64,000 nucleotides of DNA from Clostridiales bacterium (GTDB lineage: Bacteria > Bacillota > Clostridia > Monoglobales > WRBX01), in NCBI GenBank assembly GCA_031263785.1, contig JAISFC010000026.1, forward strand, positions 2,922-66,921, read 5' to 3'. Below are positions 7,780 to 17,226 of this stretch, piece after piece. Position numbers and translations under genes: made by a program. Position 1 is the first letter of the stretch. Each line of letters starts with the position of its first letter. Under the pieces are notes generated by a model, which saw only the letters and a list, made by a program, of their open reading frames with translations, ran no database searches and was not told where the DNA came from.

Positions 7780-9162
7780 TCAATCCATTTTTACGCGCGT
7801 GCCGCCGGGGGTGTCCTCGATTGTGACGCCCATTTGCGTGAGTTTATCGCGAATTTGGTCGGCGAGCGCAAAATTACGCGCCGCCCGCGCCGCCTCACGC
7901 TCGGACACCAGCCGCGTTATTTCCCCGTCCCCGTCCGCTCCGTTTGCCGCTTCATCGGGGAGAATTCGCAATATTCCCGCAAGCTCTCGCATGAGTAAAA
8001 GCGTCTGCACGATTGTCTCCGCAGACGCGCCCTCCGCAAGCGTGTTGATTTCGCGCGTTAAATCGAACAAAACCGCTATCGCCGCAGCTGTATTGAAGTC
8101 GTCGTCCAGCGCGGCTAGGAACTTTTGCTTGTACGCCGCCGTATCCAGCGTTTGCGTGCCGTTTGTGCCGTTTTCCCGCAGGAATTCAAGATTACTCACG
8201 CAACTTTTCAGCCGCTCCAGCCCCGCCTCCGCCTGTTTGATTAGGTCAAACGAAAAATTAATAGGGCTGCGGTAGTGCGCGCTCAGCATGAAAAACCGCA
8301 CCGCGTCCGCACTTACCTGCTTCAAAATATCCCGCACTGTGAAAAAATTCCCCAAAGACTTGCTCATTTTGCGATTATCCACATTAATATACCCATTATG
8401 CAGCCAAAAATTTGCGAATTGGCGCCCGTTCGCCGCCTCACTCTGCGCGACTTCGTTCTCGTGATGCGGAAATATCAAGTCCTGCCCGCCGCTGTGTATG
8501 TCGATATTCGCGCCCAAAAACTTGTTCGCCATCGTGGAACACTCGATGTGCCACCCCGGACGCCCCTCGCCCCACGGACTGTCCCACGCAATTTCGTCCG
8601 CCTCTTTCCGCCGCTTCCAGAGCGCAAAATCCGCAGGCGCGCGCTTCTCTTCGCCCACCTCTATCCTCGCGCCCGCCTCCAGCTCGTCCAGCGGCTGATG
8701 CGAAAGCTTGCCGTATTCCGCGAATTTTTCCGTAGCGAAGTACACATTCCCCGCCATCTCGTACGCGTACTCCTTGTCGACAAGCCGCTGAATAAACTCG
8801 ATAATTTCGGGGATTGTGTCGGTCGCCTTGGGCGCATACGTGGGCTTGCGAATTTTCAGCGCCTCTGCGTCCTTTTGGTACTCCCCGATGTACTTCTCCC
8901 CCAATTCCCGCACCGTAATGCCCTCTTCACGCGCGCGGTTTATCATCTTGTCGTCGACATCGGTAAAATTCTGCACATATATGACCTTGTTCCCCAAATA
9001 TTCAAAATAGCCGCGCAGTGCGTCAAAAATAATGAACGGTCGCGCGTTGCCTATGTGAAAAAAATTATAGACGGTCGGTCCGCAAGAATAAAAGCGCACC
9101 TCGCCCTCTTTAATCGGGATAAATTCCTCTTTTTTCCGCGTTAGCGAATTATACAATTTCAT
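7780..9162 (-). CDS. cysS: cysteine--tRNA ligase
   Basis: 460 aa. HIGH motif (FHIGNARP), KMSKS motif (KMSKSLGNF), and the WHIECS zinc site typical of CysRS. Confidence 0.95.
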   Translation of the reverse strand: MKLYNSLTRKKEEFIPIKEGEVRFYSCGPTVYNFFHIGNARPFIIFDALRGYFEYLGNKVIYVQNFTDVDDKMINRAREEGITVRELGEKYIGEYQKDAEALKIRKPTYAPKATDTIPEIIEFIQRLVDKEYAYEMAGNVYFATEKFAEYGKLSHQPLDELEAGARIEVGEEKRAPADFALWKRRKEADEIAWDSPWGEGRPGWHIECSTMANKFLGANIDIHSGGQDLIFPHHENEVAQSEAANGRQFANFWLHNGYINVDNRKMSKSLGNFFTVRDILKQVSADAVRFFMLSAHYRSPINFSFDLIKQAEAGLERLKSCVSNLEFLRENGTNGTQTLDTAAYKQKFLAALDDDFNTAAAIAVLFDLTREINTLAEGASAETIVQTLLLMRELAGILRILPDEAANGADGDGEITRLVSEREAARAARNFALADQIRDKLTQMGVTIEDTPGGTRVKMD

Positions 9163-9196
9163 ATTATTCCCCCCGTTATCGGTTTGATTGCGACTC

Positions 9197-9510
9197 GTGT
9201 CGATTGTTCGATTTTTTTGCGATTGCTTTCTCTATTGTCGATTCTTCGATTTTTTTGCGGTTGACGTTGTCGATTGTTCAATTTTTTTGCGATTGTCGTT
9301 CCCGTTGTCGATTCTTCGATTTTTTTGCGATTACTTTGTCGATTCTTGAATTTTCTTGCGGTTGGCTTTGTCGATTGTTCGATTTTCCTGCGGTTGACTT
9401 TGTCGATTCTTCGATTTTCTTGCGGTTGGCTTTGTCGATTGCTCAATTTTTTTGCGGTTGGAACTCCTATTGTCGATTCTTCGATTTTTTTGCGATTCGC
9501 GTTTATCCCA
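9197..9510. repeat. 9-unit tandem array (units 31-38 bp; core TGTCGATTSTTCGATTTTTTTGCGRTTG) filling the cysS upstream region
   Basis: The TCGATT anchor is at 9200, 9238, 9270, 9308, 9339, 9371, 9403, 9435 and 9473. Confidence 0.9.
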
Positions 9511-9519
9511 TAATAGCGG

Positions 9520-11370
9520 TCATTCCTCGACGTCAAACTGGCTGTTATACAGCTTAGCGTACGCCCCACTCTTGGCGAGCAGCTCCGCGTGCTTGCCCTG
9601 CTCCACTATGTCGCCCTCTTCCATGACCAAAATCAGGTCGGCGTCGCGTATCGTAGACAGCCTGTGCGCGATTATAAAGCTCGTGCGCCCCTCCATAAGG
9701 TTGCTCATCGCCTTCTGAATCAGCACCTCCGTGCGCGTGTCGACACTGCTGGTTGCCTCGTCCAGAATCAGGATTTGCGGGTCCGACAAAATGGCGCGCG
9801 CAATGGTTATAAGCTGCCTTTGCCCCTGCGACACGTTGTTCGCCTCCTCGTTGAGCACCATGGAATAATCGCCGGGGAGCGCGTGTACAAAATGGTCCAC
9901 CTGCGCCGCTTTTGCCGCCGCTCGCACCTCGTCGTCACTCGAGCTAAGCCGCCCGTAGCGTATATTTTCGGCGATGGTCCCGTTGTACAGCCACGTGTCC
10001 TGCAGCACCATGCCCAGCAGCGAATGCAGGTCGTCTCGGCGAAAATCGCGAATATCCACCCCGCCAATCATTATCGCCCCGCCCGTGACGTCATAAAACC
10101 GCATGAGCAGCTTGATAACCGTCGTCTTCCCCGCTCCCGTATGCCCGACTATGGCTATCCTCTGCCCCGCCTGAATCTTGGCGTTAAAGTCCTTGATTAC
10201 CACCTTTTCCGGCGTGTACCCAAACCTCACGTGCCGGAATTCCACGCTCCCGTACTCCCGCTCCGACGCGTCTTTTAGGCTTATCGCCGCCACTTTGTCG
10301 GGGGTCTCGTCCTGCTCCTCGATAAACTCGAACACCCGCTCGCTCGCCGCCGCCAGCTGCTGGAGTATGTTGGAGATGTTCGCCACCTGCATCAGCGGCT
10401 GGTTAAATTGCTTCACATACTGCAAAAACGCCTGCACGCCGCCCACCGTCATGAGCGACGACGCCGCGAACCACCCGCCCAACACGCACACCGCCACATA
10501 TCCTATATTATTAATCACCGCCGTCAGCGGCCATACTATGCCCGAAAAGAATCCCGCCTTCCACGCGGAGTGATACAGTCGGTCGTTTATCTTGTTGAAT
10601 TGCTCCACGCTCGCCGCCTCGCCGTTGAACGCCTTGACCACGGCATGCGCGCTGTACATCTCCTCGACATGCCCGTTCACATGCCCCAAATACTCCTGCT
10701 GGCTGAAAAAATATTTCTGCGACGCCCGAAAAATCAGCCCCGTGCACCCAAGCACAACGGGCACCACAAGCAACGCCGCCAGCGTGAGCTGCCAGCTGAT
10801 AGTCAGCATCATGACCGCGATTCCGACAATCGTCGTAAGCGAGGTGATTATCTGCGTTATGCTCTGCGAAAGCGACTGCCCGATAGTGTCAATATCATTT
10901 GTGATTAGCGAAAGTACCTCTCCATGCGTGACCTTGTCGAAATACGAAAGTGGCAAACTGTGGATTTTATCGTCCGCTTCCTTGCGTATTCGGTACGTGA
11001 CCTTAGTCGCCACGCCCGTCATCATGTAGCTCTGCACAAACGCGCACGCGGCGGACACCACATACATCCCCAAAATCATCAGCAGAATTTCGGCTATTTT
11101 CCCGAAGTTTATGCCCCCGCCCTCGCCCGACATCATAGCCATAAAGCCGCTTAACAGCTCGTCGGTCGCTCTGCCCAATATCAGCGGACCCGCCACCATA
11201 AAAATCGTGGAGGCAATCGCCAGCAGGAACGCGAAAAACGCCGCCCATCTATACCGTCCGATGTATTGTATCAGCTTTAATACAGCCCTTTTGAAGTTGC
11301 GCGCCTTCTGCGTCGGCAGCCCCATCTCTTGCGACGGCACGCGCTTTCTCGCTCTCGTTGATTGCGGCAT
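9520..11370 (-). CDS. ABC transporter permease/ATP-binding protein (type I exporter half-transporter)
   Basis: 616 aa. N-terminal six-TM domain, Walker A GHTGAGKTT, signature VSQGQRQ, Walker B ILILDEATS. Confidence 0.9.
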   Translation of the reverse strand: MPQSTRARKRVPSQEMGLPTQKARNFKRAVLKLIQYIGRYRWAAFFAFLLAIASTIFMVAGPLILGRATDELLSGFMAMMSGEGGGINFGKIAEILLMILGMYVVSAACAFVQSYMMTGVATKVTYRIRKEADDKIHSLPLSYFDKVTHGEVLSLITNDIDTIGQSLSQSITQIITSLTTIVGIAVMMLTISWQLTLAALLVVPVVLGCTGLIFRASQKYFFSQQEYLGHVNGHVEEMYSAHAVVKAFNGEAASVEQFNKINDRLYHSAWKAGFFSGIVWPLTAVINNIGYVAVCVLGGWFAASSLMTVGGVQAFLQYVKQFNQPLMQVANISNILQQLAAASERVFEFIEEQDETPDKVAAISLKDASEREYGSVEFRHVRFGYTPEKVVIKDFNAKIQAGQRIAIVGHTGAGKTTVIKLLMRFYDVTGGAIMIGGVDIRDFRRDDLHSLLGMVLQDTWLYNGTIAENIRYGRLSSSDDEVRAAAKAAQVDHFVHALPGDYSMVLNEEANNVSQGQRQLITIARAILSDPQILILDEATSSVDTRTEVLIQKAMSNLMEGRTSFIIAHRLSTIRDADLILVMEEGDIVEQGKHAELLAKSGAYAKLYNSQFDVEE

Positions 11371-13629
11371 TTATCCCACCTCCCCTGACGTTATTTGTGA
11401 TTCCGCTATTTCCCTGTATTCAAGGCAGTTTTTCATCAGCTGCCCGTGCGTTCCTCTTCCGACTATTTTCCCCTCGTCCAGCACGATTATCTGGTCGGCG
11501 TTCATGATGGTGCTGACCCGCTGCGCCACGATTATTAGCGTCGCCTCCGCCATGTTGGCTTTCAACGCGCGTCGTAAATCGCTGTCCGTCTGGAAGTCCA
11601 GCGCGGAGAAACAGTCGTCAAACACGTAAATCGGGGCTTTTTTCACCAGCGCGCGCGCAATGGATAACCTCTGCTTTTGCCCTCCCGACACGTTTGCGCC
11701 GCCCTGCGCTATCTCGTCGTCAAATTGCTTCGGCTTCGCCTCGATAAACGGCAACGCTTGCGCTATCTCCGCCGCCGCCCTTATATCCTCAAACGAGGCG
11801 TTTTCGTCAGCATATTTGAGGTTGGACGCTATCGTCCCGGACATCAACACGCCCTTTTGCGGGACGTAACCGATTACGCTCCTCAGCTCCGCCTGCGTAC
11901 ATTTGCGCACGTCAATCCCGCACACCTCCACCGCGCCGCCCGTCACCTCGTAATACCGCAGAATCAGGTTCAACAGCGTACTTTTCCCCGCTCCCGTCGG
12001 TCCTATTATCGCGGTCGTCTGCCCCGGCAGGGCGGTGAACGTAATCCCGCTCAAAGCGTCTGTGTCCGCGTTGTGGTACCTGAACGACACGTCCTTAAAG
12101 CTCACGACACCCCGCATTTCCGGGCGTAATTCCCATGCCTCAAGGTCCCGAATCGAGCTTTCCGTGGTCAGCACCTCGTCAATTCGCTCCGCCGACACCG
12201 CCGCGCGCGGCAGAAACATGAACAGCATCGAGATAAACATAAAGCTCATTATAATTTGCAGTGCGTATTGCATAAACGCCATCATATCGCCGATTTGTAT
12301 CTCCGACGCCGCGATGTGTTTCGCCCCCACCCACACGATTAAAAGCGTGATTAAGTTGGTGAGCATCATCATTAGCGGCATCATCGCGGACATTGTGCGC
12401 CCGATAAATAAATACGTGTCGGTTAGCTCCGTGTTTGCGCGGTCAAAACGCCGTTTTTCAAAAAAGCGTGTACCGAACGCGCGGATTACCATCGTCCCCG
12501 AGAGATGCTCGCGCGCGACCAGATTCACCTTGTCCGTGAGCTTTTGCAGCGATTTAAATTTCGGGAGCGTGACGGAAAATGTTATGACCATCAGCAGCGC
12601 GATTAATATGCACGCCAGCGCGATTACCCAGCTCATAGACGGCGATTTGTTGATCGCCATCACTATCCCGCCCACCGCCATGATGGGCGCGAAAAACACC
12701 ATGCGTATGCCAATCATGAGCGTGTTTTGCATCTGCGTGATGTCGTTGGTGGAGCGGGTTATAAGCGTAGATACCGAGAATTTATCCATTTCGTCGTTCG
12801 AGAAGCTCTGCACTTTAACGAAGATTTTGCGGCGGAGCTTGCGCGCCATCCCCGCGGACAAACGCGTCACAAGGAACCCCACGAGTATCGCCGCCAATCC
12901 GCCTAATATCGAGATTATAAGCATCGTCATCCCCGTGCGCAAGATGTAATTCGACTGCAATTGCGCCAGCGAGCCGCCCAATTCCGTGTGGAAAACGCCC
13001 GCCATAAACGCGCCCGTTTGCAAGCGCAGCGGCTCGTCGAGCGCCAACGCCGCGTCACGCGCTTCGGAAATCAACTCAGGCGGCGCCAACTCCCACGTGC
13101 TCTGCATGGCGTATAATTGCGCTATTTCTATGTCCTGCACGCCGAATTCCCCCGCCTCGCCCGACGGCAACGCTTGCCCCGTCTGCGCGCGGTATTCCTT
13201 CATTATATTGATGAGCGTCCACGTCGCGTTGGAAAAAATAACGTCCAGCTCCGCGCGGGTTTGCTCATCCACCCGACTGTCCAGAAAATACACCCGAGCC
13301 TCCTCGCCCTGCGGCGCGCTGCCGTTGCGAATAATCGGCGTACGCGCGCTGTCTATGCCCGCGTCGAACCCCAAAACATAGCGGTCGCTCACCTTTATGC
13401 GCTCCAGCGGCGACATAAACACCTTCATCAGCCGCAGCCCTTCCCTGCTTATCACCGGCGGCGACGCGTGCTCCACCCCGCTCTGCTGAATCCCTATATT
13501 CACAATCCCCGACATGTACCCCGGCAAGCACAAATCGCACATCGCCTGCCCGAAAAGCACGATAAACACTATGATTAGCGTATATTTATACGGTCGCAGA
13601 TACTTCAGTAATTTACCCAACCATGACAT
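11371..13629 (-). CDS. ABC transporter permease/ATP-binding protein (partner half-transporter, long loop after TM1)
   Basis: 752 aa. Walker A GPTGAGKST, signature VSGGQKQR, Walker B IYVFDDCFS. It abuts the downstream ABC gene, consistent with a heterodimer arrangement. Confidence 0.9.
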   Translation of the reverse strand: MSWLGKLLKYLRPYKYTLIIVFIVLFGQAMCDLCLPGYMSGIVNIGIQQSGVEHASPPVISREGLRLMKVFMSPLERIKVSDRYVLGFDAGIDSARTPIIRNGSAPQGEEARVYFLDSRVDEQTRAELDVIFSNATWTLINIMKEYRAQTGQALPSGEAGEFGVQDIEIAQLYAMQSTWELAPPELISEARDAALALDEPLRLQTGAFMAGVFHTELGGSLAQLQSNYILRTGMTMLIISILGGLAAILVGFLVTRLSAGMARKLRRKIFVKVQSFSNDEMDKFSVSTLITRSTNDITQMQNTLMIGIRMVFFAPIMAVGGIVMAINKSPSMSWVIALACILIALLMVITFSVTLPKFKSLQKLTDKVNLVAREHLSGTMVIRAFGTRFFEKRRFDRANTELTDTYLFIGRTMSAMMPLMMMLTNLITLLIVWVGAKHIAASEIQIGDMMAFMQYALQIIMSFMFISMLFMFLPRAAVSAERIDEVLTTESSIRDLEAWELRPEMRGVVSFKDVSFRYHNADTDALSGITFTALPGQTTAIIGPTGAGKSTLLNLILRYYEVTGGAVEVCGIDVRKCTQAELRSVIGYVPQKGVLMSGTIASNLKYADENASFEDIRAAAEIAQALPFIEAKPKQFDDEIAQGGANVSGGQKQRLSIARALVKKAPIYVFDDCFSALDFQTDSDLRRALKANMAEATLIIVAQRVSTIMNADQIIVLDEGKIVGRGTHGQLMKNCLEYREIAESQITSGEVG

Positions 13630-13882
13630 CTCCTTTAGAGGTTATTTTATAACAACGTGAACAAAAAATCAAGAAATATTTTTAGATTGCCGCAAAGTTT
13701 TTTTAGCGCATAACCGCGAAAACGAAAATTTGAGCTTAAAATTTCAAACACAATCGCACAGACAAAAGCAAGCGCGGCAAGGCATATGTACTTAAAATCG
13801 CCGCGGAATTTCAACGCGGGAAGCTCTCTTTCAGGCGCAAATGCGTTATTTTCACGCTCCCCGTCAGCATTACGAATTATTT

Positions 13883-14329
13883 CTACGCGGGCTTCTCGCC
13901 CAGCAACGCCGAACGCCACCTTTTATTATCTTTAAAAAGATTTAACTTAAATATACTTCCGTCTTTGAACTTCACCTCGAGCATTCTACGCACTCCACGC
14001 TCCACGCCCACGTCGATAATTTCCTCGCGCGGGAATTCAAATTCCGCCGTTTTGTCGGCTGTTTCCGCCTTCTTAGAGGCGCGCTTTTTAGCAGCGGACG
14101 CAAAAAGCCTAAGCAGCAAGCCGCCGACCGCCCCGAACATCACCAACATCAATATGCCCGCCTGCGCGCTGCGCGATACTTGCCTTATAATCAGCCGCTT
14201 GTTGGTCAAAAAAATTTCTCCCGTCACGGGCGCTATCGCTTTACCGAGGCAAAAATCGCCCATCTCCCGCAGCTCAATAATTTCGCCTTCTTGCAGAGTC
14301 GGCTCCGTCATCCGCGCACTCCCTTTCAC
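13883..14329 (-). CDS. hypothetical membrane protein with PH/GRAM-like motif
   Basis: 148 aa. GEIFLTNKRLII is a bPH/GRAM-like strand motif, followed by a hydrophobic segment AGILMLVMFGAVGGLLLRLF. Confidence 0.5.
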   Translation of the reverse strand: MKGSARMTEPTLQEGEIIELREMGDFCLGKAIAPVTGEIFLTNKRLIIRQVSRSAQAGILMLVMFGAVGGLLLRLFASAAKKRASKKAETADKTAEFEFPREEIIDVGVERGVRRMLEVKFKDGSIFKLNLFKDNKRWRSALLGEKPA

Positions 14330-14407
14330 CCGCCTATTATATCACTTTAATTTTACAAAGTCAATCGCCCTCGGAGCAAAATTTATCCGCAAACGCGCCC
14401 GCGTCCG

Positions 14408-15085
14408 TCAGCCCGTTATTCGGCTTATCCCCGCGATATCGCTCACCGGCATGGAATAGCATATCCCGCGCCCCTCCCGCGTCAGCCCCGCCGCCTTCAC
14501 TATCGCCTGCATTATTTCGCCCTTTTCCTCCTGCCTCACCAAAATATACAGCACGTCCTTTTCCGCCTGAATCGGAACCCCCAAGAACTCCGCCTCGTCG
14601 TTTTCCTTTGTGCCGCGCGCCTTGATAATCGTCCCGCCCTGCGCCCCCGCGTCTTTCGCCGCTTGCATCGCGGTTTCCGCATACCCCCTGTTAAATACCG
14701 CCACAATCAACTCATACTTATTTTCCATCTTCTTCTCCGCTCCCTTCGCCTGATTCTCCGCCCTGCCTCTTATCATCTCCGCCGCGTTCCCGCCGACAAC
14801 GCCCGACAGCGGAACCGCAAACGCTATCCCGTGCCCCTCCTTGCTTATCTTCAAATCGGTGCGTAAAACGCTGATAATTTCCTGCACAATCCCGTCCTCC
14901 GCAAGGAACGTGATAAGCGCCTTCTCCGTTTCGCCCAGCCCTAATTTCGCCAGCCGCCTTGAGCTCGCCGTCCCCTTGCAGACCGTGATAGTCTTGTAAA
15001 TCGCCCCGCACGACGCCCCGAGCCTCGAAACTTTGTCCGCAAAATCCCTGTCTATTATAACATTTAATTGTTTTGGCGCGTTCAT
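14408..15085 (-). CDS. P-II-like (nitrogen regulator fold) family protein, two tandem domains
   Basis: ATG at 15083-15085 with GGAGG 8 nt upstream. The C-terminal half (YELIVAVFNRGYAETAMQAAKDAGAQGGTIIKARG) resembles the P-II fold family. It overlaps the upstream gene's stop. Confidence 0.65.
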   Translation of the reverse strand: MNAPKQLNVIIDRDFADKVSRLGASCGAIYKTITVCKGTASSRRLAKLGLGETEKALITFLAEDGIVQEIISVLRTDLKISKEGHGIAFAVPLSGVVGGNAAEMIRGRAENQAKGAEKKMENKYELIVAVFNRGYAETAMQAAKDAGAQGGTIIKARGTKENDEAEFLGVPIQAEKDVLYILVRQEEKGEIMQAIVKAAGLTREGRGICYSMPVSDIAGISRITG

Positions 15086-16581
15086 AGCGTCTCCCTCCAA
15101 TCGAACTCAATAATCTCGACATCTTCGGCTATCGCAACGGTTTCTACCGGTTTCATCCTGCTCGCCAGCCCCAAAACCTGAATGGCGACGAGCGGAGTCA
15201 GCGCAACCAACGCGACCAATCCAAAGGCATCGCGCAATATATTCCCGCCGATTCCGTTCGATGCCCCCAACGAGAACGCCAAAAGAAACGTGGACGTCAT
15301 GGGTCCCGATGCGACGCCGCCGCTGTCGAAGGCTATCGCCGTGTAAATTGGCGGGACGAAAAACGAGATAATCAGCGCTAAAATGTACCCCGGCAGTATT
15401 ATCCACCACAAATTAAGCCCCGTGTACACCCGCAGCATCGCCAACGCGACCGAAATCCCAATACCTATGCTAAGCGCGGTGATTATCGCCCTTTCGCTTA
15501 TCGCGCCGTTGGTTACCTCCTCGACCTCCTGCTTCAAAACGTGTATCGCGGGTTCAGCCATGACGACGACGAACCCCATCAAAAACCCGAGGGGGATTAT
15601 GCTCCAGGCGTACGGCGACGTTGCGATGCTCGCGCCCATGATTTGCCCGATTGGGATGAACCCCACATTTGCGCCCATCAAGAACAACACTAAGCCAAAA
15701 TATGTGAAAATCAAGCCTATACCTATCGAAATCAGCTTTCGCGGCGGCAACTTGACGGCGAAAATTTGGAACAATATAAATAGCAGCACGATGGGGCTCA
15801 GCGCGACCGCCACTTCTTTTAAGTATTCGGGGAAGGCGCGCAGGTAGACGGAGACGGCGTCGCTAAAGCCCGCAATTTCCGTTATTCCCGTGCTTTCGTA
15901 GGAATTTTCGCCCTTAAACAGCAAGCTCAATATCAACACCGAAAGAATCGGTCCGATGGAGCACAACGCAACCGCCCCGAAGCTCTCTTCGCCTTTGTCC
16001 TTCGTGTCGCGAACCGCCGCAACGCCCGCTCCCAGCGCAAGAATAAACGGTACGCTGACGGGTCCGGTCGTGACGCCCCCGCTGTCAAACGCTATCCCCA
16101 AAAAGTCCTGCGGAATCACGCTCGCGATTGCGAATATAACCCCGTAAAACCCTAATAATATCCACTGTAGCTTGATTTTGAAAAGCGTCCGCAGGAAGGA
16201 CACCACCAAAAATGCCCCGACTCCTATCGCGATGGTCAGCGTCAAAGTCCGCGTCGGGACGGACGGCACAAGCCTAGACAGCACCGCCAAATCCGGCTCC
16301 GCGACCGTGATAAACACGCCGATTATGAACCCGCCCAGCAGAATCAGCCATATCTTTTTCGACCGCGACAAATACGCGCCTATGCTCTCGCCCATCGGCA
16401 TTGTCGCGCTGTCGGCTCCGAAGGTGAAGAGAAACATGCCGATAATCAGCGAAAATACCCCTATTATAAACACCGCCATTATGCCGTCGCTCACCGGAAC
16501 GGCAATGAGCGAAAGTAGTATTATAATGATTGACAGCGGCAAAACCGCCGATAATGCCTCCTGCAGCTTTTGTTTCAACAA
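15082..16581 (-). CDS. polytopic membrane protein, DUF1538-like (usually paired with a P-II-like gene)
   Basis: 499 aa and highly hydrophobic, with an internal duplication (AFDSGGVTTGP / AFDSGGVASGP). The family name is recalled from memory, not searched. Confidence 0.65.
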   Translation of the reverse strand: MLKQKLQEALSAVLPLSIIIILLSLIAVPVSDGIMAVFIIGVFSLIIGMFLFTFGADSATMPMGESIGAYLSRSKKIWLILLGGFIIGVFITVAEPDLAVLSRLVPSVPTRTLTLTIAIGVGAFLVVSFLRTLFKIKLQWILLGFYGVIFAIASVIPQDFLGIAFDSGGVTTGPVSVPFILALGAGVAAVRDTKDKGEESFGAVALCSIGPILSVLILSLLFKGENSYESTGITEIAGFSDAVSVYLRAFPEYLKEVAVALSPIVLLFILFQIFAVKLPPRKLISIGIGLIFTYFGLVLFLMGANVGFIPIGQIMGASIATSPYAWSIIPLGFLMGFVVVMAEPAIHVLKQEVEEVTNGAISERAIITALSIGIGISVALAMLRVYTGLNLWWIILPGYILALIISFFVPPIYTAIAFDSGGVASGPMTSTFLLAFSLGASNGIGGNILRDAFGLVALVALTPLVAIQVLGLASRMKPVETVAIAEDVEIIEFDWRETL

Positions 16582-16620
16582 ATCACCCTTTCGATGTACG
16601 TTTTGTGCGTTTTATGCATT

Positions 16621-17226
16621 TTACAGGTTCTCCTCCTGCATGTCTATCTCTTCGCCCGCCCAAATAATCAGCCTGTTCGGCGCTCGCCACCTCGTCACCT
16701 TCTCGCGGGAGAACAGATTCAGCGGTTGCGTGTGTATCGGGACGTTGTGCCTCGCGCCGATAACCGCCGCTATAGCCGCGCTTTCAGCGAGCGGAATTGT
16801 AAATACGTCGTCCGTGTTGAAAATAGCGTAATCAAACCGGCGGTCCGCAAACGTCTTCATCTGTTCGGTGACGCCCGTGTCGCCCGTGCAGTAAGTTTTC
16901 AAGCCGTCAAACTCCAGAATATATCCCACGCATTCATCTTTTTCGTGATTCTTATTGTACGCCTCCGTCGCCTCAATTCTCAAGCCGTCAAACTCAAAAA
17001 CCTTGTACTCCCCGTCAACAAGCGCGTTTTCATTCGTGATTACCACGCATTCGGGCTTCTGCTTTATGAGCTTGATTTTATTATGGTCAAAGTGTTGGTG
17101 CGTAATAAGCACAAAATCAGCGGGCAAATCATAGCCTCTGCCGGAAAATGGGTCGAGGTAAATAACCCGCCCGTCGTCAAGCGTAAATCGGAGCGAGCCA
17201 TGCCCCTGAAACAATAATTTACTCAT
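16621..17226 (-). CDS. MBL-fold metallo-hydrolase
   Basis: HQHFDH (HxHxDH) motif. ATG at 17224-17226 overlaps the upstream gene's end. Confidence 0.8.
   Translation of the reverse strand: MSKLLFQGHGSLRFTLDDGRVIYLDPFSGRGYDLPADFVLITHQHFDHNKIKLIKQKPECVVITNENALVDGEYKVFEFDGLRIEATEAYNKNHEKDECVGYILEFDGLKTYCTGDTGVTEQMKTFADRRFDYAIFNTDDVFTIPLAESAAIAAVIGARHNVPIHTQPLNLFSREKVTRWRAPNRLIIWAGEEIDMQEENL

Noticed and set aside
9197-9510. Type III toxin-antitoxin (ToxI-like) repeat RNA
   Set aside because: The unit length and tandem layout fit. However, no ToxN/AbiQ-like ORF follows on either strand. The flanks are cysS and an ABC exporter.
9159-9569. 136-aa minus-strand ORF with repeated RKKIE(E/Q)ST / NRQ peptide units
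   Set aside because: It is the translation of the 9-unit DNA tandem array. It overlaps both the cysS start and the ABC gene end and has no RBS. The periodicity comes from the DNA repeat, not from a protein.
13647-13919. 90-aa minus-strand ORF between the PH-like gene and the ABC operon
   Set aside because: It overlaps the 3' end of the 13883-14329 gene and has no RBS. The region more likely holds the terminator (CCGCG..CGCGG hairpin) and the promoter of the ABC operon.
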